Part shown: positions 25,229-34,574 of the stretch, one piece after another
Layout of the letters: each line of letters opens with the position of its first letter
Numbering within the stretch: position 1 is the stretch's first letter
Source: an uncultured Gammaproteobacteria bacterium
GTDB lineage: Bacteria > Patescibacteriota > Patescibacteriia > Patescibacteriales > Patescibacteriaceae
Length of the DNA: 64,000 nucleotides
Direction of reading: 5' to 3'
NCBI GenBank assembly: GCA_964545125.1
Contig: CAZJEP010000005.1
Span: 1,447-65,446 of the forward strand
Made by a program: the position numbers and the translations under genes
The notes under the pieces: model-generated
What the model was told of the DNA's origin: nothing
The model's input: only the letters and a program-made list of their open reading frames with translations
The model's database searches: none

Positions 25229-25876
25229 TTAAGGAAACAAAAGGGCCAAGATGTAACCAAGAAAACTTAGGGGGTCGACAATGGCCCAAACCAGCAAAAC
25301 AACCAAAACAGCAACCGCCAAGATAATAAACAGGGCCAGCAAATCCAATAAAATTAGTAACATAGCCTCAAAAATACCAATATTATCACCAAAAGTTTTT
25401 AGAGTTTTCTTGGCTTCTTTGTTGCCGGAAATAGCCACATTCAAACCGGGAAGATTTCTGGACCACTCATGACCCAACTTAGAAAAAAATTCACTGCCAG
25501 CCACCAAACGCATAAAAACATGAAGGTTGATATAAAGCAAAGTTAAACCCCAACTAGGAATTAAGTTCAACCAAGACTGTGCTAACAAACGGTCGGTGCC
25601 AAACCTAACAGGGGTTCCCAGAGCATTAACAGCGACCATCTCAGTTGTAGCCAGACTAACAGACATATTTTGTCGGGCCTGATGTCTAAGCGAACCCATG
25701 GCAGACTGTTTATCGTTACCTCGGTCTTTGGTAATGATTTTGTTTGTTTGTGCAGGCCTCTTGTTGCCAACAATCTTAATATTATTTTCAGATACATTTA
25801 AACTACGGCTAGCTCGCGCTTCCTGTCGTTGTCTCCTTAAATCATTGGCCAATTCCTGATCTGAATTTCCGACCAT
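25229..25876 (-). CDS. hypothetical membrane protein, first gene after the terminator
   Basis: Basic N-terminus and C-terminal TM helices. The track's start at 25978 lies inside the terminator hairpin, so I trimmed it to the ATG at 25876. Confidence 0.5.
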   Translation of the reverse strand: MVGNSDQELANDLRRQRQEARASRSLNVSENNIKIVGNKRPAQTNKIITKDRGNDKQSAMGSLRHQARQNMSVSLATTEMVAVNALGTPVRFGTDRLLAQSWLNLIPSWGLTLLYINLHVFMRLVAGSEFFSKLGHEWSRNLPGLNVAISGNKEAKKTLKTFGDNIGIFEAMLLILLDLLALFIILAVAVLVVLLVWAIVDPLSFLGYILALLFP

Positions 25877-25964
25877 AAAAAACTCTTTCTTTAATTTAAT
25901 TATATCACTATTTACCGGACCAAGCAAAGAGGAGAAAACGCGCAACGGCCAATATATAACCCGC

Positions 25965-26007
25965 AATAAAAAGGTCAAGCCCCGGCAATTAAGCTTGCCG
26001 GGGCTTG
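25965..26007 (-). terminator. strong intrinsic terminator downstream of the giant gene
   Basis: 13-bp stem caagccccggcaa / ttgccggggcttg with a 6-nt loop, followed on the minus strand by TTTTTATT. Confidence 0.75.
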
Positions 26008-26035
26008 CGAATAATTTAGGGAAATTTGAACCTGC

Positions 26036-29000
26036 TTATTGAAGATTTTTCCAGACAACCAAGGGATGATCCAAGAAGGGGTGGTTTTCTGGGCCAGCGT
26101 TAGGATTGCTATTTGGAGTAAAGGTGTTGGTGGCTCCCCAATTATCGGTCAAAATAATCTTGGGAATAATTTCACAACAATCAATGGCGGGGTTGTTGGC
26201 AATCTCTGATGGCAAACCCTGACAATTATTATGACTGCAATTACCACCGCCGTTTTTTATTTCGTCATAGCTCAAGAAATAATAAACCTGATGGCTATTG
26301 GTAATATCCGGACGCTCAAACATATTAACATTTCTGACCAAGGTAACATCATGATTGTTTTTCTGGTAACCCCAATTAATAACATATTTTTTCAAGGGCA
26401 ACTGATCCTTGTCTATCTTGCTGGCAAAATTGATAACCACCCAACCGGAATCGTTAAGGACATATTTGTCTCCTGACAGCAAGCTGTCGTTAAGTTTAAC
26501 CCGAGGCACAGTCGGACTGACCAAACAATAGTCATTATTGGAGCCATTATATTCCGGTCTGGTGTTATTGTCGCAATTTTTCAAAGCAAAATCAACTTGA
26601 CCGTTACCAATACCACAGCCACTGGCAGAATTTCGGTCATAAGACTGACCATTCCACTTATAGCAAGGGCTTTCATTGTCAACTTTAGTGAACAAACGCT
26701 TAACCGCCTCCACGGCTCGTTTTTTACTCGCCGTCTTATCTGAACTGGTATCTCTAATATCAGAGGCTAGGCGATAAAAATTGGTGTGGTTGAAACATTC
26801 AAACAAACAACCAACTGAAGCACTATCTCCGCAAACACGAGCATCAAGACAATAATCGGTGGCCCAACCAGTAAATTTACTGGTGGCATTATCTTTTGAT
26901 AGTTCACATTTCGTTTGATTATGACGATTACCCCTAGGATAAGATGGGTCATAGCAAACATAAGCATTAAGTGGTGGCATCAAATCATTGGTGGCCCAAA
27001 CTCTATAACCATTCTGATTGGTGGTTGTAATATATTCATATTTGTTGTTTCCCTGAAAGTCACGCCCACCAGGACCACGAGGAGTGCTACATTTTCGATC
27101 TTTGGCTGACCAGGTGCCACATTTATTATTCTCACAAGTAGCGCCATCTTCCCAAATCACAGCCAACCCCACAAAACAATCATCATAAACGCCCAAGTCT
27201 CTGGAGACATCTCGGTCTGTTTTACTGCAATCATTACAGTCGCTAACTTCTATCGGCAGTGGCTCCTGCTTTTGGCTATCCAAATTACCCGGACAATAAG
27301 CTCGACGCTCGCTACCTGTAACATTTTTATCTAGACCGGCTTGGCTAATGCCATAATAAGGTACAAAAGGCATTATTTTGCCTCTAATATTGCCAGCGCT
27401 CAATCTGTCGAACAAGGGCGGTTTAAGCGAAGAATAGGCGCCATAATAGCCACTGCCAGCCTGTTGGTTCAAAACAAGATCCGTGGCCTTGCCTCCGGCA
27501 TTAACCCCAAAATCAGCGTAAAAATAGGAAGAGGTTGGCGTTAGGTTATTGCTATCTTTGAAATTAGTTAATAAATTCGCCGGGATGCTGTAAACACTAT
27601 CCTGGGCAATACGGGAATACCAATAACTTTCTTTGTCCACTTTAATAAAAGTCTGACACTGAAATTCTGGCTGAGTCTTATTGGAACTGTTACAACCATC
27701 ATAAGCGTCCACACAATAATACAAGTCTTTGGGAATATTCAAAGCCACGCCCTCTTCGTATTCTTCGCTTTCCACTTTGTCAATCGGATACCACAAGAGA
27801 CAAGTACCCGAATTTTTCGGATCATATTCCAAACAATAGCCGGTCCAACCTTTCTTGCGCAAACCGCTGTCATCAAAATAATCGCAGGACATAGCATTGC
27901 CCTCTGGGTATAAACGACAGTCGCTATGCAAATATTGTTTGATTTTGTTAGCACTACCGTCATCTTTGATATTGAGACCGGGTTCCAATCTGACATCGTC
28001 AAAATAAACCAAGCCAGCGGTAGGCTTAATCCCAATGGTAATTCTGGTGTCGCGCTCCAGACCCGAAGGCAAGTTTCTTTGATAAGCGTTAGAAATGGAG
28101 AATTTTCCGGTTAAACGAACCCAACGACCAGCCACACTAGTGGAAGCCAGAACGGCCGCCGGGATAGAGGCGCCATCGGCATCGGTGGCATTGCACAAAT
28201 TAGCAGTAGTATCGTTAATGGATTCAAAAGGACACTCGTAATCAGGATCATAACCTCTTTGCCTTAAATTTCTACCCACGGTCAGCTCCACCTTGGCGCC
28301 ATAACGCAAGAAAACATAAGCGGAGACAATATATTGGCGATTGCCCGCATTGGTAACTTCTTTGACCACAAACTCGTTGGTTTTGCCCACAGCCCGACCA
28401 TCAGGAATAATCTTATAACTGCCAAAACCTAGTTCTTTTTCTATAACCTTGGCATCGCTGACGATAGGGGCCCTGGTAGTAGCGGTGCGGAAATCCACAA
28501 AATCGGTTTGCCAAGCATTTTCAAAACTGCCATCAAATTTAACTTTAGCATCACCTTCTTGTTTCATGGTAGCCAAATTATACAAATCGGCATTCCAATA
28601 ATTACCCTCGTAACCAACCTTGGAGTAACCGGTCAAGTTGGAAATATCCAGGGCGGCTGAGCCGGAAATATAAGTTTGGTTGGTGGCCGGATCCTTGGAA
28701 ACAAAATGAATACATTCTCCGGATTCGTTCATTTGGTCGCACAAACCGCGTTCGTAGCAAATCTTGTCCCCGGCTTTGGCCGGATTTTCCGTGTAGCTCT
28801 TACAACCCAGCCAAGCGGAACATTGTCGATCAGGATCAACCTTCAACAAAGCGTTGGCATTATTTTCATTGTCATTGCTGGCGTTTTGCGGGGCCTGTTC
28901 CGAACCGTCGCGGTTTACTCCGCTGGCATTAACATCCCAAACTAAAGGACTGTATTTACCGCCGTTAAAGGCGCGTTCATTAAACAACACCTGACCCTTA

Positions 29001-32000
29001 TCCGGATTAACCGTATTGGGCTTGTCTTGGTTAAGACTGGTCTTGAGACGATAATTAACTAAAGCCTCCCTGATTTGCGCTCCAGCGGGCGGAGTAATAG
29101 TACAATCAGCGGGCTGATTATCCAGCAAAACACTGTTGTCAGCAAAAAAGGCCCCATCAATATAAAATTCTTCACTTTGTTTAACCGTCTTGACCTGATC
29201 GGTGGCCGTAATGATATTATCCTCACCCAAACGATGTAAACGAACTCGTCGCTGATTGCCAGGCGCATTGGGCTGATTGAGATTGACTGCCTTGGTGCAA
29301 GAAATAGTTATTTCGTTGGTAATGTTTTTTAAAACATACAAGGTGTCAAGTTTTAATTTAACTTTGCCGCTGACGACACCGGTCAGAAGATCATAATTAA
29401 CTTTGGATTCCGGATCAATATATTCCGTGCAACTGTTTTGATTGTCCGGACACAAGCCGGCATTGCCAAGCGTCTTACCGGTAGCGTCTTTCACAGCCAT
29501 ACCCACCGGCTGGACCTTGGCTTCACGCACTCCCAAACCGATAGTCTTGTCATAATCTAGCGGATCGCACCGTTCGTCATTGTCAATTAGCTGGCATTTG
29601 GTGCCGACCGAACAATCGGACTGGTTGTCGCAAGAAAATTTGCTGGCGCAATACTGATCGGCGCCGATGGTGACGCAATACTTGCCGTTACCGCAGACTT
29701 TACCGGTCTGAGCGTCAACCGGACAACCCTTGTCGGCGCTAACGCAATGACTGGTTTTTATTTTGTACCAAGCCGGCTCGCTGGCGCTAGACGGTTGTCG
29801 ATATTCGCAAGTGCGCAAACCAGGATCTTTAAAATAAGCTTCGCCTCCGCCTTCTAAACCCCAAGCCTCGCAACCGACCTGATCCTTGGAACACATGGTA
29901 TCTTTGTAATTATTGGGGTCGTTCAACAAATAAACATCCTTATAAGCCTCAGCCAAATCGTCGTATTGTCCTAAACGCGAACAGCCTTTGTCGGCCACCC
30001 GACATTCTTTGGTCTTTTCATAAACCACATAAGCAAAATTATCGGCTGGCACAACAATATTATTAAATCTTTCTTCGCCGTAAAAACTGGAATTATGAGT
30101 ATCAATCATTAATTCGCAACCAACCGCGCTATCTTGGCACAATTTATCAAAACCCTTGAGATTATGAGTTTTATCGGAGCGATCTTTGTACTGTTCACAA
30201 CCCAACATATACAGAGGAGCTGGATTACCAAATAAATCTTGGTTGCAAGAATCTGGGGTCGTCCAAGAATTTCTAATCAAATAATAAGTGTCGGACATTT
30301 CTAAAATCTTAATGTTGTCCAAACGCAAGTCAGCCCCCTGTCCGCCCAAAGTGAATTTTATTTTAGACGAAACGACGTCTTGTTCACCGGGGATGGTTAA
30401 ATCAAATTTATAATTTTTCCAATCGGCTGTGATATCAATATTATCGGCAAAAGCCTGATTAAAACCCGAGTCGCTTTCTATGGCAATCCTGGAAATATTG
30501 ACGTTGTCCGACTTCTTCTTGGCCGTAAAGCTTAAAACATATCTCTTGCCAATTTTTAAATTACTGGTAATGCTTCTTTCAATTTGAGATCCACCCGGTT
30601 TTAAAGAATGCCCGCCCACGGTTAAAGAATCCGAGACCATTTCCACTGGCGGTTTCGGGCCCCAACCGCTTAAGCTGCCCTCAAAAGTATCATAAAATAA
30701 AATTTTAATTTGATTGCCAAAATCACCCTCGTATTCACTACAACCAACCTCGCTAGCGCTACAAGTTTGACTCTTGGTGGGATCGGCCAAATAAACGCAA
30801 GCTTGGTGATCGTCCATCCAGACTCCGCCGTTAAGACAAACAATACAATTTAGTTTGTCGGCGTCCCAATGTCCCAGCTTAGCCTCGCAAGTGGCCTGGT
30901 CAGTAATAGAAACATCAATATTATTATTAACCAAACGATAAGGGTGGCACTCCTTGGAATAAGTGATAGTGGAGGCCATTAAGTGATAAGAAACATTGCC
31001 ATCACGGCCATAGAATTGACGACAATCGGAATTATACAACGGGTGGTCATAGGGTAAAGAATAAAGGGTTTCGTTACAGGCGTCGCCATCGTTGTTGTCG
31101 GCGGTATTGGTGTCGTCGATAGTGGCCGGCTGGCTAATGCCACTAGTTTTGTCCGGATTGGCCAACAACTGATAAACCACCAACTGATAACCAGACTCGT
31201 CCGAACCCTCCCAAGTATAAAACTCAGCATAAACATCATCCGGTTGGCCACAACGGCGGAACTTGGCAAAATACTGATTTTCTTCTCCGCCCGAGGGAAC
31301 TTTGTCCAAATTAACAAACAAAGAACAACCCACGGCATTGGCCTGACAAGTTTTGGCTGTCTTGGGAATAAAATATTCATCACGCGCCGAATAAAAATTA
31401 TTAGCTTTTTGAATAAAAGTGTCATAACCGACGCACTCGTTGGGGCAATAGTCTTTAGGCTTGACCTGGGCCGCCGTTTGATCTTTGGTGTTAACTTCGG
31501 TGTACAACTCGCAACCCACTTCATCGGCTTGGCACTTGCGAGCAAACTCGGAACACTTAGCCGGAGCATCTACTTTAAAGTTGAAATCTTTGTTTTTGTC
31601 TTGATAGCAAGCATCTTCCAAATAATTCGGCAAAAGTTTTTCGTACAGCAGGTTATCTAAACGGTAAGCGGAATATTGACCGCCACTACCCATTTCAAAC
31701 TTCATGTTGTCCACAAAAAATTCGGTGTCTGGACTAATGCCGGAAATTTTCCAGAAATCCATTTTGGCGGCATTGTCGTTGAGTAAGGTCAAAACCATAT
31801 TCTGCCATTCACCAGTGGCTGAAGAATAAATAACCTGGGCGTTGGCCGGATCGGCGCTGTTGCCCATGGTCATCTCCACACTGCCACTAACCACATAAAC
31901 GAAAGCCGACAGCGTATAGATACGATCAAAGTCAAAGGCAAATCCTCCGGGCAACAAACTTTTGTCGTCTGGACCGTAATAAACTCCACGTCTGCCCGCC

Positions 32001-34573
32001 GGCACTTTCAAACTCAAGCCTCCCTGATAAATTTGGTTGCCGGGAGTATTATTGACCAAATCTCCGGAAGCAGACCAACGAGCATCATCAGATGCTTCTA
32101 GTCCCCCATCGGCCAATAAATTAACACCGTTATCATCTTTGACTCTGATAAATTCATGACAACCTTCTTGTTTGTAAGCGCAAGCTCCGGTTTTGCGATT
32201 CAAATAAATATTTTGATTATTGAACCAATTAACCGTGTTGTCGGCCCCATTGTAAGTTCCATTATAAGAATATTCCTTGCAACCAATAGCTGATTGCTGA
32301 CAGCCGTAATCCAAAGTATTGGTTAGATAAGAAACTTTCTGTCCTTTGGGATTTTTGAAAGATTGACAAGTGCTAAACAAAGGATCGCAAGCCTCGTCTT
32401 GCCTGTTTTTATTAAAAATCCAAGAACGTTTTTCCTCGGCGCAATAGCCTCTAAACAAACAAGCGCCGTTGCGACCCTCTTTCAAACAGCCTTGTTCGTC
32501 GGCGCAATAATTATCGTTGCGGTTGACTAAAAGTTTTTGTTCATTGTAAGTGCAAGTAGCCTGGCAAGAAAAATTTCTCAATTCCTTTTCTTTGCCAGGA
32601 ATCATCAATTTGTCTCTGGCCCCCAATTCAGCCTCGGTGCAACAATCATCGTTGGTTTCGCAGGCGTCCAGTTTGCCGTCAACAATCATCCTGGTAGATC
32701 CGTTATCAGCCGAACAATACTTCAAGCCAGTTGTCATCAAGTCGGGATCTTTGACTAATTGCGGACCATAACCTTGGCGCGCGCAATAATATTCCGGCAC
32801 TTTCAAGACCCAGTTGGGATCAACCAAACCGCGACACCAAGGAGCGTCATAACCCCTAAAATTGTCATTAGTATTATAACAAGCCAATAAATCATTAAGA
32901 GTTATTCCCTCCGGCTTATCGGCAAAATCATTGGTTAAATATTTTTTCTGAATGGCTTGAGCGGCCACTTCCCATCCCACCGGTAAAATGCGATATTTTC
33001 TTAAAATAATCAGGGAACGATAAGGATAACCTTGGTTATAAGGAATTTTGTCTTCACCGTTTTTATCAAAACCAAAGGGCCAATTACCAGGCAGTTGGCC
33101 GGATCTGACCGCTTCGGCTACCGTCATTTTGTTTTCAATGGCCGTAGAAAATTCGTTGCCAATAACGCAGTCGGTGGGGCCGGGTCGATCCGGATTGGTA
33201 CAAGCGGTTAATTGTGCCAAGATATCTATTTTGCCACCAGCCGAAAATGTCGGTTCGGTTAATTTGCTGAGTCGGTTTTCAATGGCTTGCCGGCCGACCT
33301 GCTGACCAGTCCAATAACTCAAACTGCCACCTTGACTGCCCAAGTTGCTCATCAAGTTGGTCCAAGAACTGATAGCCCACTGATTTAAGAAAATATTGGC
33401 GGCATCCACCAAAATATCCCCGGTAATTTTGCCCAAATTATCCCACACCGCCTGATCGGCCAATTTCTTTCTCTCCTCGGCGCCATTGGGCGCTCCTTTA
33501 AGCAAACCGGCAAAATTAACATCATCTTTATAGCCATTCTTGGACGGCAAAGAAATTTGGTCGTTAATAACTTGCTTATTGCGATATTCAATTAAATTGC
33601 TGTTCAACAGAAAAGCGGCCCCCAAATCACTGCCGGTCGGATGAAAATTATCCGCCACATTTTCCAAAAAATCTTCACTGGCTAAACTTTTTTGACGCTC
33701 CCATTCGTTAACCCAGTTTTTTTTCATTTGGCTAAAACTACAATGAGTCTGCGAACCGTAATACTGGCTTAGACCCAAACCCAAACTAATCATCAAGGAA
33801 ACATTTAGGCTGGGGTTACAAATATTAAGTCTGGCTAAAGGACTATTAGCACCATTAAACATAGGCGCTCGACGAGCCTGCTCTACCGCGCCACCAGCAT
33901 TTTGCGAACAAGCATTATAAGTGGCCAAACAAGCGTTTAAACAAGCTGTGCTGGGTGGTCCTGATTGACTACAATTACTATCGCACCTTCCTTTGGCATC
34001 ACTACACAAACTCAAACCAGCGCTGACATCACCGCTACTATTCAAACAAACATTATAAGCGTCTTCACAGGCCTTGGTTTGCTCTGGAGTATAGGGGCCA
34101 GTGCCCAGCCGAGCATAACATTCCATTTTTTGCTTATCACAAATAACCTTGCTCTCCTTTTTAATATCTTCGGCAGCGATGTCGGAAATAATCGAATTGG
34201 CAAAACTTTCGATAAAATCACCGGCCGCTTGATCGGCAATATCCTCCCAATGATCTCCCCATTTTTTTTCAATGTATAGTTTTTCTTGTCCTTTGGCGCC
34301 GATGGCCAAATATTTAGCCGCGTCTACGGCCAAATCATTGATATATTTACGCAAAAGGTTTTGAAATAAAATAGTGGCCACCTTATTGCGAACATATTCC
34401 CAGGCAGTCTTAATCCAGTTGGCAGTGGCCGGAATATCCGCTACCACCGTCGTGGTATCCGCCACCCCCAAAATTGCCTCGGCTTGAGGCGCCAACAACA
34501 AATTAGACAATAAAATTAAACTAAAAAAAATTAAAGCAATTTTGAGTTTATGTTGCTTGGTGGTTTTAAACAT
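26036..34573 (-). CDS. giant (2845 aa) secreted cysteine-rich surface protein with three CBM/jelly-roll-like modules
   Basis: Uninterrupted 8.5 kb ORF with a signal peptide ...LLLAPQAEA. It has at least 9 copies of a C-x(4,5)-GC-x-x-aromatic motif, for example CQADEVGCELYTE and CSASEVGCSEYEG. Three modules end FFVDNMKFE, LRLDNIKILE and VYFDDVRLE. Confidence 0.85.
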   Translation of the reverse strand: MFKTTKQHKLKIALIFFSLILLSNLLLAPQAEAILGVADTTTVVADIPATANWIKTAWEYVRNKVATILFQNLLRKYINDLAVDAAKYLAIGAKGQEKLYIEKKWGDHWEDIADQAAGDFIESFANSIISDIAAEDIKKESKVICDKQKMECYARLGTGPYTPEQTKACEDAYNVCLNSSGDVSAGLSLCSDAKGRCDSNCSQSGPPSTACLNACLATYNACSQNAGGAVEQARRAPMFNGANSPLARLNICNPSLNVSLMISLGLGLSQYYGSQTHCSFSQMKKNWVNEWERQKSLASEDFLENVADNFHPTGSDLGAAFLLNSNLIEYRNKQVINDQISLPSKNGYKDDVNFAGLLKGAPNGAEERKKLADQAVWDNLGKITGDILVDAANIFLNQWAISSWTNLMSNLGSQGGSLSYWTGQQVGRQAIENRLSKLTEPTFSAGGKIDILAQLTACTNPDRPGPTDCVIGNEFSTAIENKMTVAEAVRSGQLPGNWPFGFDKNGEDKIPYNQGYPYRSLIILRKYRILPVGWEVAAQAIQKKYLTNDFADKPEGITLNDLLACYNTNDNFRGYDAPWCRGLVDPNWVLKVPEYYCARQGYGPQLVKDPDLMTTGLKYCSADNGSTRMIVDGKLDACETNDDCCTEAELGARDKLMIPGKEKELRNFSCQATCTYNEQKLLVNRNDNYCADEQGCLKEGRNGACLFRGYCAEEKRSWIFNKNRQDEACDPLFSTCQSFKNPKGQKVSYLTNTLDYGCQQSAIGCKEYSYNGTYNGADNTVNWFNNQNIYLNRKTGACAYKQEGCHEFIRVKDDNGVNLLADGGLEASDDARWSASGDLVNNTPGNQIYQGGLSLKVPAGRRGVYYGPDDKSLLPGGFAFDFDRIYTLSAFVYVVSGSVEMTMGNSADPANAQVIYSSATGEWQNMVLTLLNDNAAKMDFWKISGISPDTEFFVDNMKFEMGSGGQYSAYRLDNLLYEKLLPNYLEDACYQDKNKDFNFKVDAPAKCSEFARKCQADEVGCELYTEVNTKDQTAAQVKPKDYCPNECVGYDTFIQKANNFYSARDEYFIPKTAKTCQANAVGCSLFVNLDKVPSGGEENQYFAKFRRCGQPDDVYAEFYTWEGSDESGYQLVVYQLLANPDKTSGISQPATIDDTNTADNNDGDACNETLYSLPYDHPLYNSDCRQFYGRDGNVSYHLMASTITYSKECHPYRLVNNNIDVSITDQATCEAKLGHWDADKLNCIVCLNGGVWMDDHQACVYLADPTKSQTCSASEVGCSEYEGDFGNQIKILFYDTFEGSLSGWGPKPPVEMVSDSLTVGGHSLKPGGSQIERSITSNLKIGKRYVLSFTAKKKSDNVNISRIAIESDSGFNQAFADNIDITADWKNYKFDLTIPGEQDVVSSKIKFTLGGQGADLRLDNIKILEMSDTYYLIRNSWTTPDSCNQDLFGNPAPLYMLGCEQYKDRSDKTHNLKGFDKLCQDSAVGCELMIDTHNSSFYGEERFNNIVVPADNFAYVVYEKTKECRVADKGCSRLGQYDDLAEAYKDVYLLNDPNNYKDTMCSKDQVGCEAWGLEGGGEAYFKDPGLRTCEYRQPSSASEPAWYKIKTSHCVSADKGCPVDAQTGKVCGNGKYCVTIGADQYCASKFSCDNQSDCSVGTKCQLIDNDERCDPLDYDKTIGLGVREAKVQPVGMAVKDATGKTLGNAGLCPDNQNSCTEYIDPESKVNYDLLTGVVSGKVKLKLDTLYVLKNITNEITISCTKAVNLNQPNAPGNQRRVRLHRLGEDNIITATDQVKTVKQSEEFYIDGAFFADNSVLLDNQPADCTITPPAGAQIREALVNYRLKTSLNQDKPNTVNPDKGQVLFNERAFNGGKYSPLVWDVNASGVNRDGSEQAPQNASNDNENNANALLKVDPDRQCSAWLGCKSYTENPAKAGDKICYERGLCDQMNESGECIHFVSKDPATNQTYISGSAALDISNLTGYSKVGYEGNYWNADLYNLATMKQEGDAKVKFDGSFENAWQTDFVDFRTATTRAPIVSDAKVIEKELGFGSYKIIPDGRAVGKTNEFVVKEVTNAGNRQYIVSAYVFLRYGAKVELTVGRNLRQRGYDPDYECPFESINDTTANLCNATDADGASIPAAVLASTSVAGRWVRLTGKFSISNAYQRNLPSGLERDTRITIGIKPTAGLVYFDDVRLEPGLNIKDDGSANKIKQYLHSDCRLYPEGNAMSCDYFDDSGLRKKGWTGYCLEYDPKNSGTCLLWYPIDKVESEEYEEGVALNIPKDLYYCVDAYDGCNSSNKTQPEFQCQTFIKVDKESYWYSRIAQDSVYSIPANLLTNFKDSNNLTPTSSYFYADFGVNAGGKATDLVLNQQAGSGYYGAYSSLKPPLFDRLSAGNIRGKIMPFVPYYGISQAGLDKNVTGSERRAYCPGNLDSQKQEPLPIEVSDCNDCSKTDRDVSRDLGVYDDCFVGLAVIWEDGATCENNKCGTWSAKDRKCSTPRGPGGRDFQGNNKYEYITTTNQNGYRVWATNDLMPPLNAYVCYDPSYPRGNRHNQTKCELSKDNATSKFTGWATDYCLDARVCGDSASVGCLFECFNHTNFYRLASDIRDTSSDKTASKKRAVEAVKRLFTKVDNESPCYKWNGQSYDRNSASGCGIGNGQVDFALKNCDNNTRPEYNGSNNDYCLVSPTVPRVKLNDSLLSGDKYVLNDSGWVVINFASKIDKDQLPLKKYVINWGYQKNNHDVTLVRNVNMFERPDITNSHQVYYFLSYDEIKNGGGNCSHNNCQGLPSEIANNPAIDCCEIIPKIILTDNWGATNTFTPNSNPNAGPENHPFLDHPLVVWKNLQ

Positions 34574-34574
34574 A

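Noticed and set aside
25877-25978. N-terminal extension of the 25229-25978 ORF, and similar non-ATG extensions of comFC, rsmA, xth, porA, porB, the ABC ATPase, the DEAD-box gene, the GIY-YIG gene and the VirB6-like gene
   Set aside because: The extensions start at TTG or GTG codons, overlap terminator hairpins or upstream genes, and precede canonical N-terminal motifs that begin at internal ATGs. The coordinates were trimmed accordingly.
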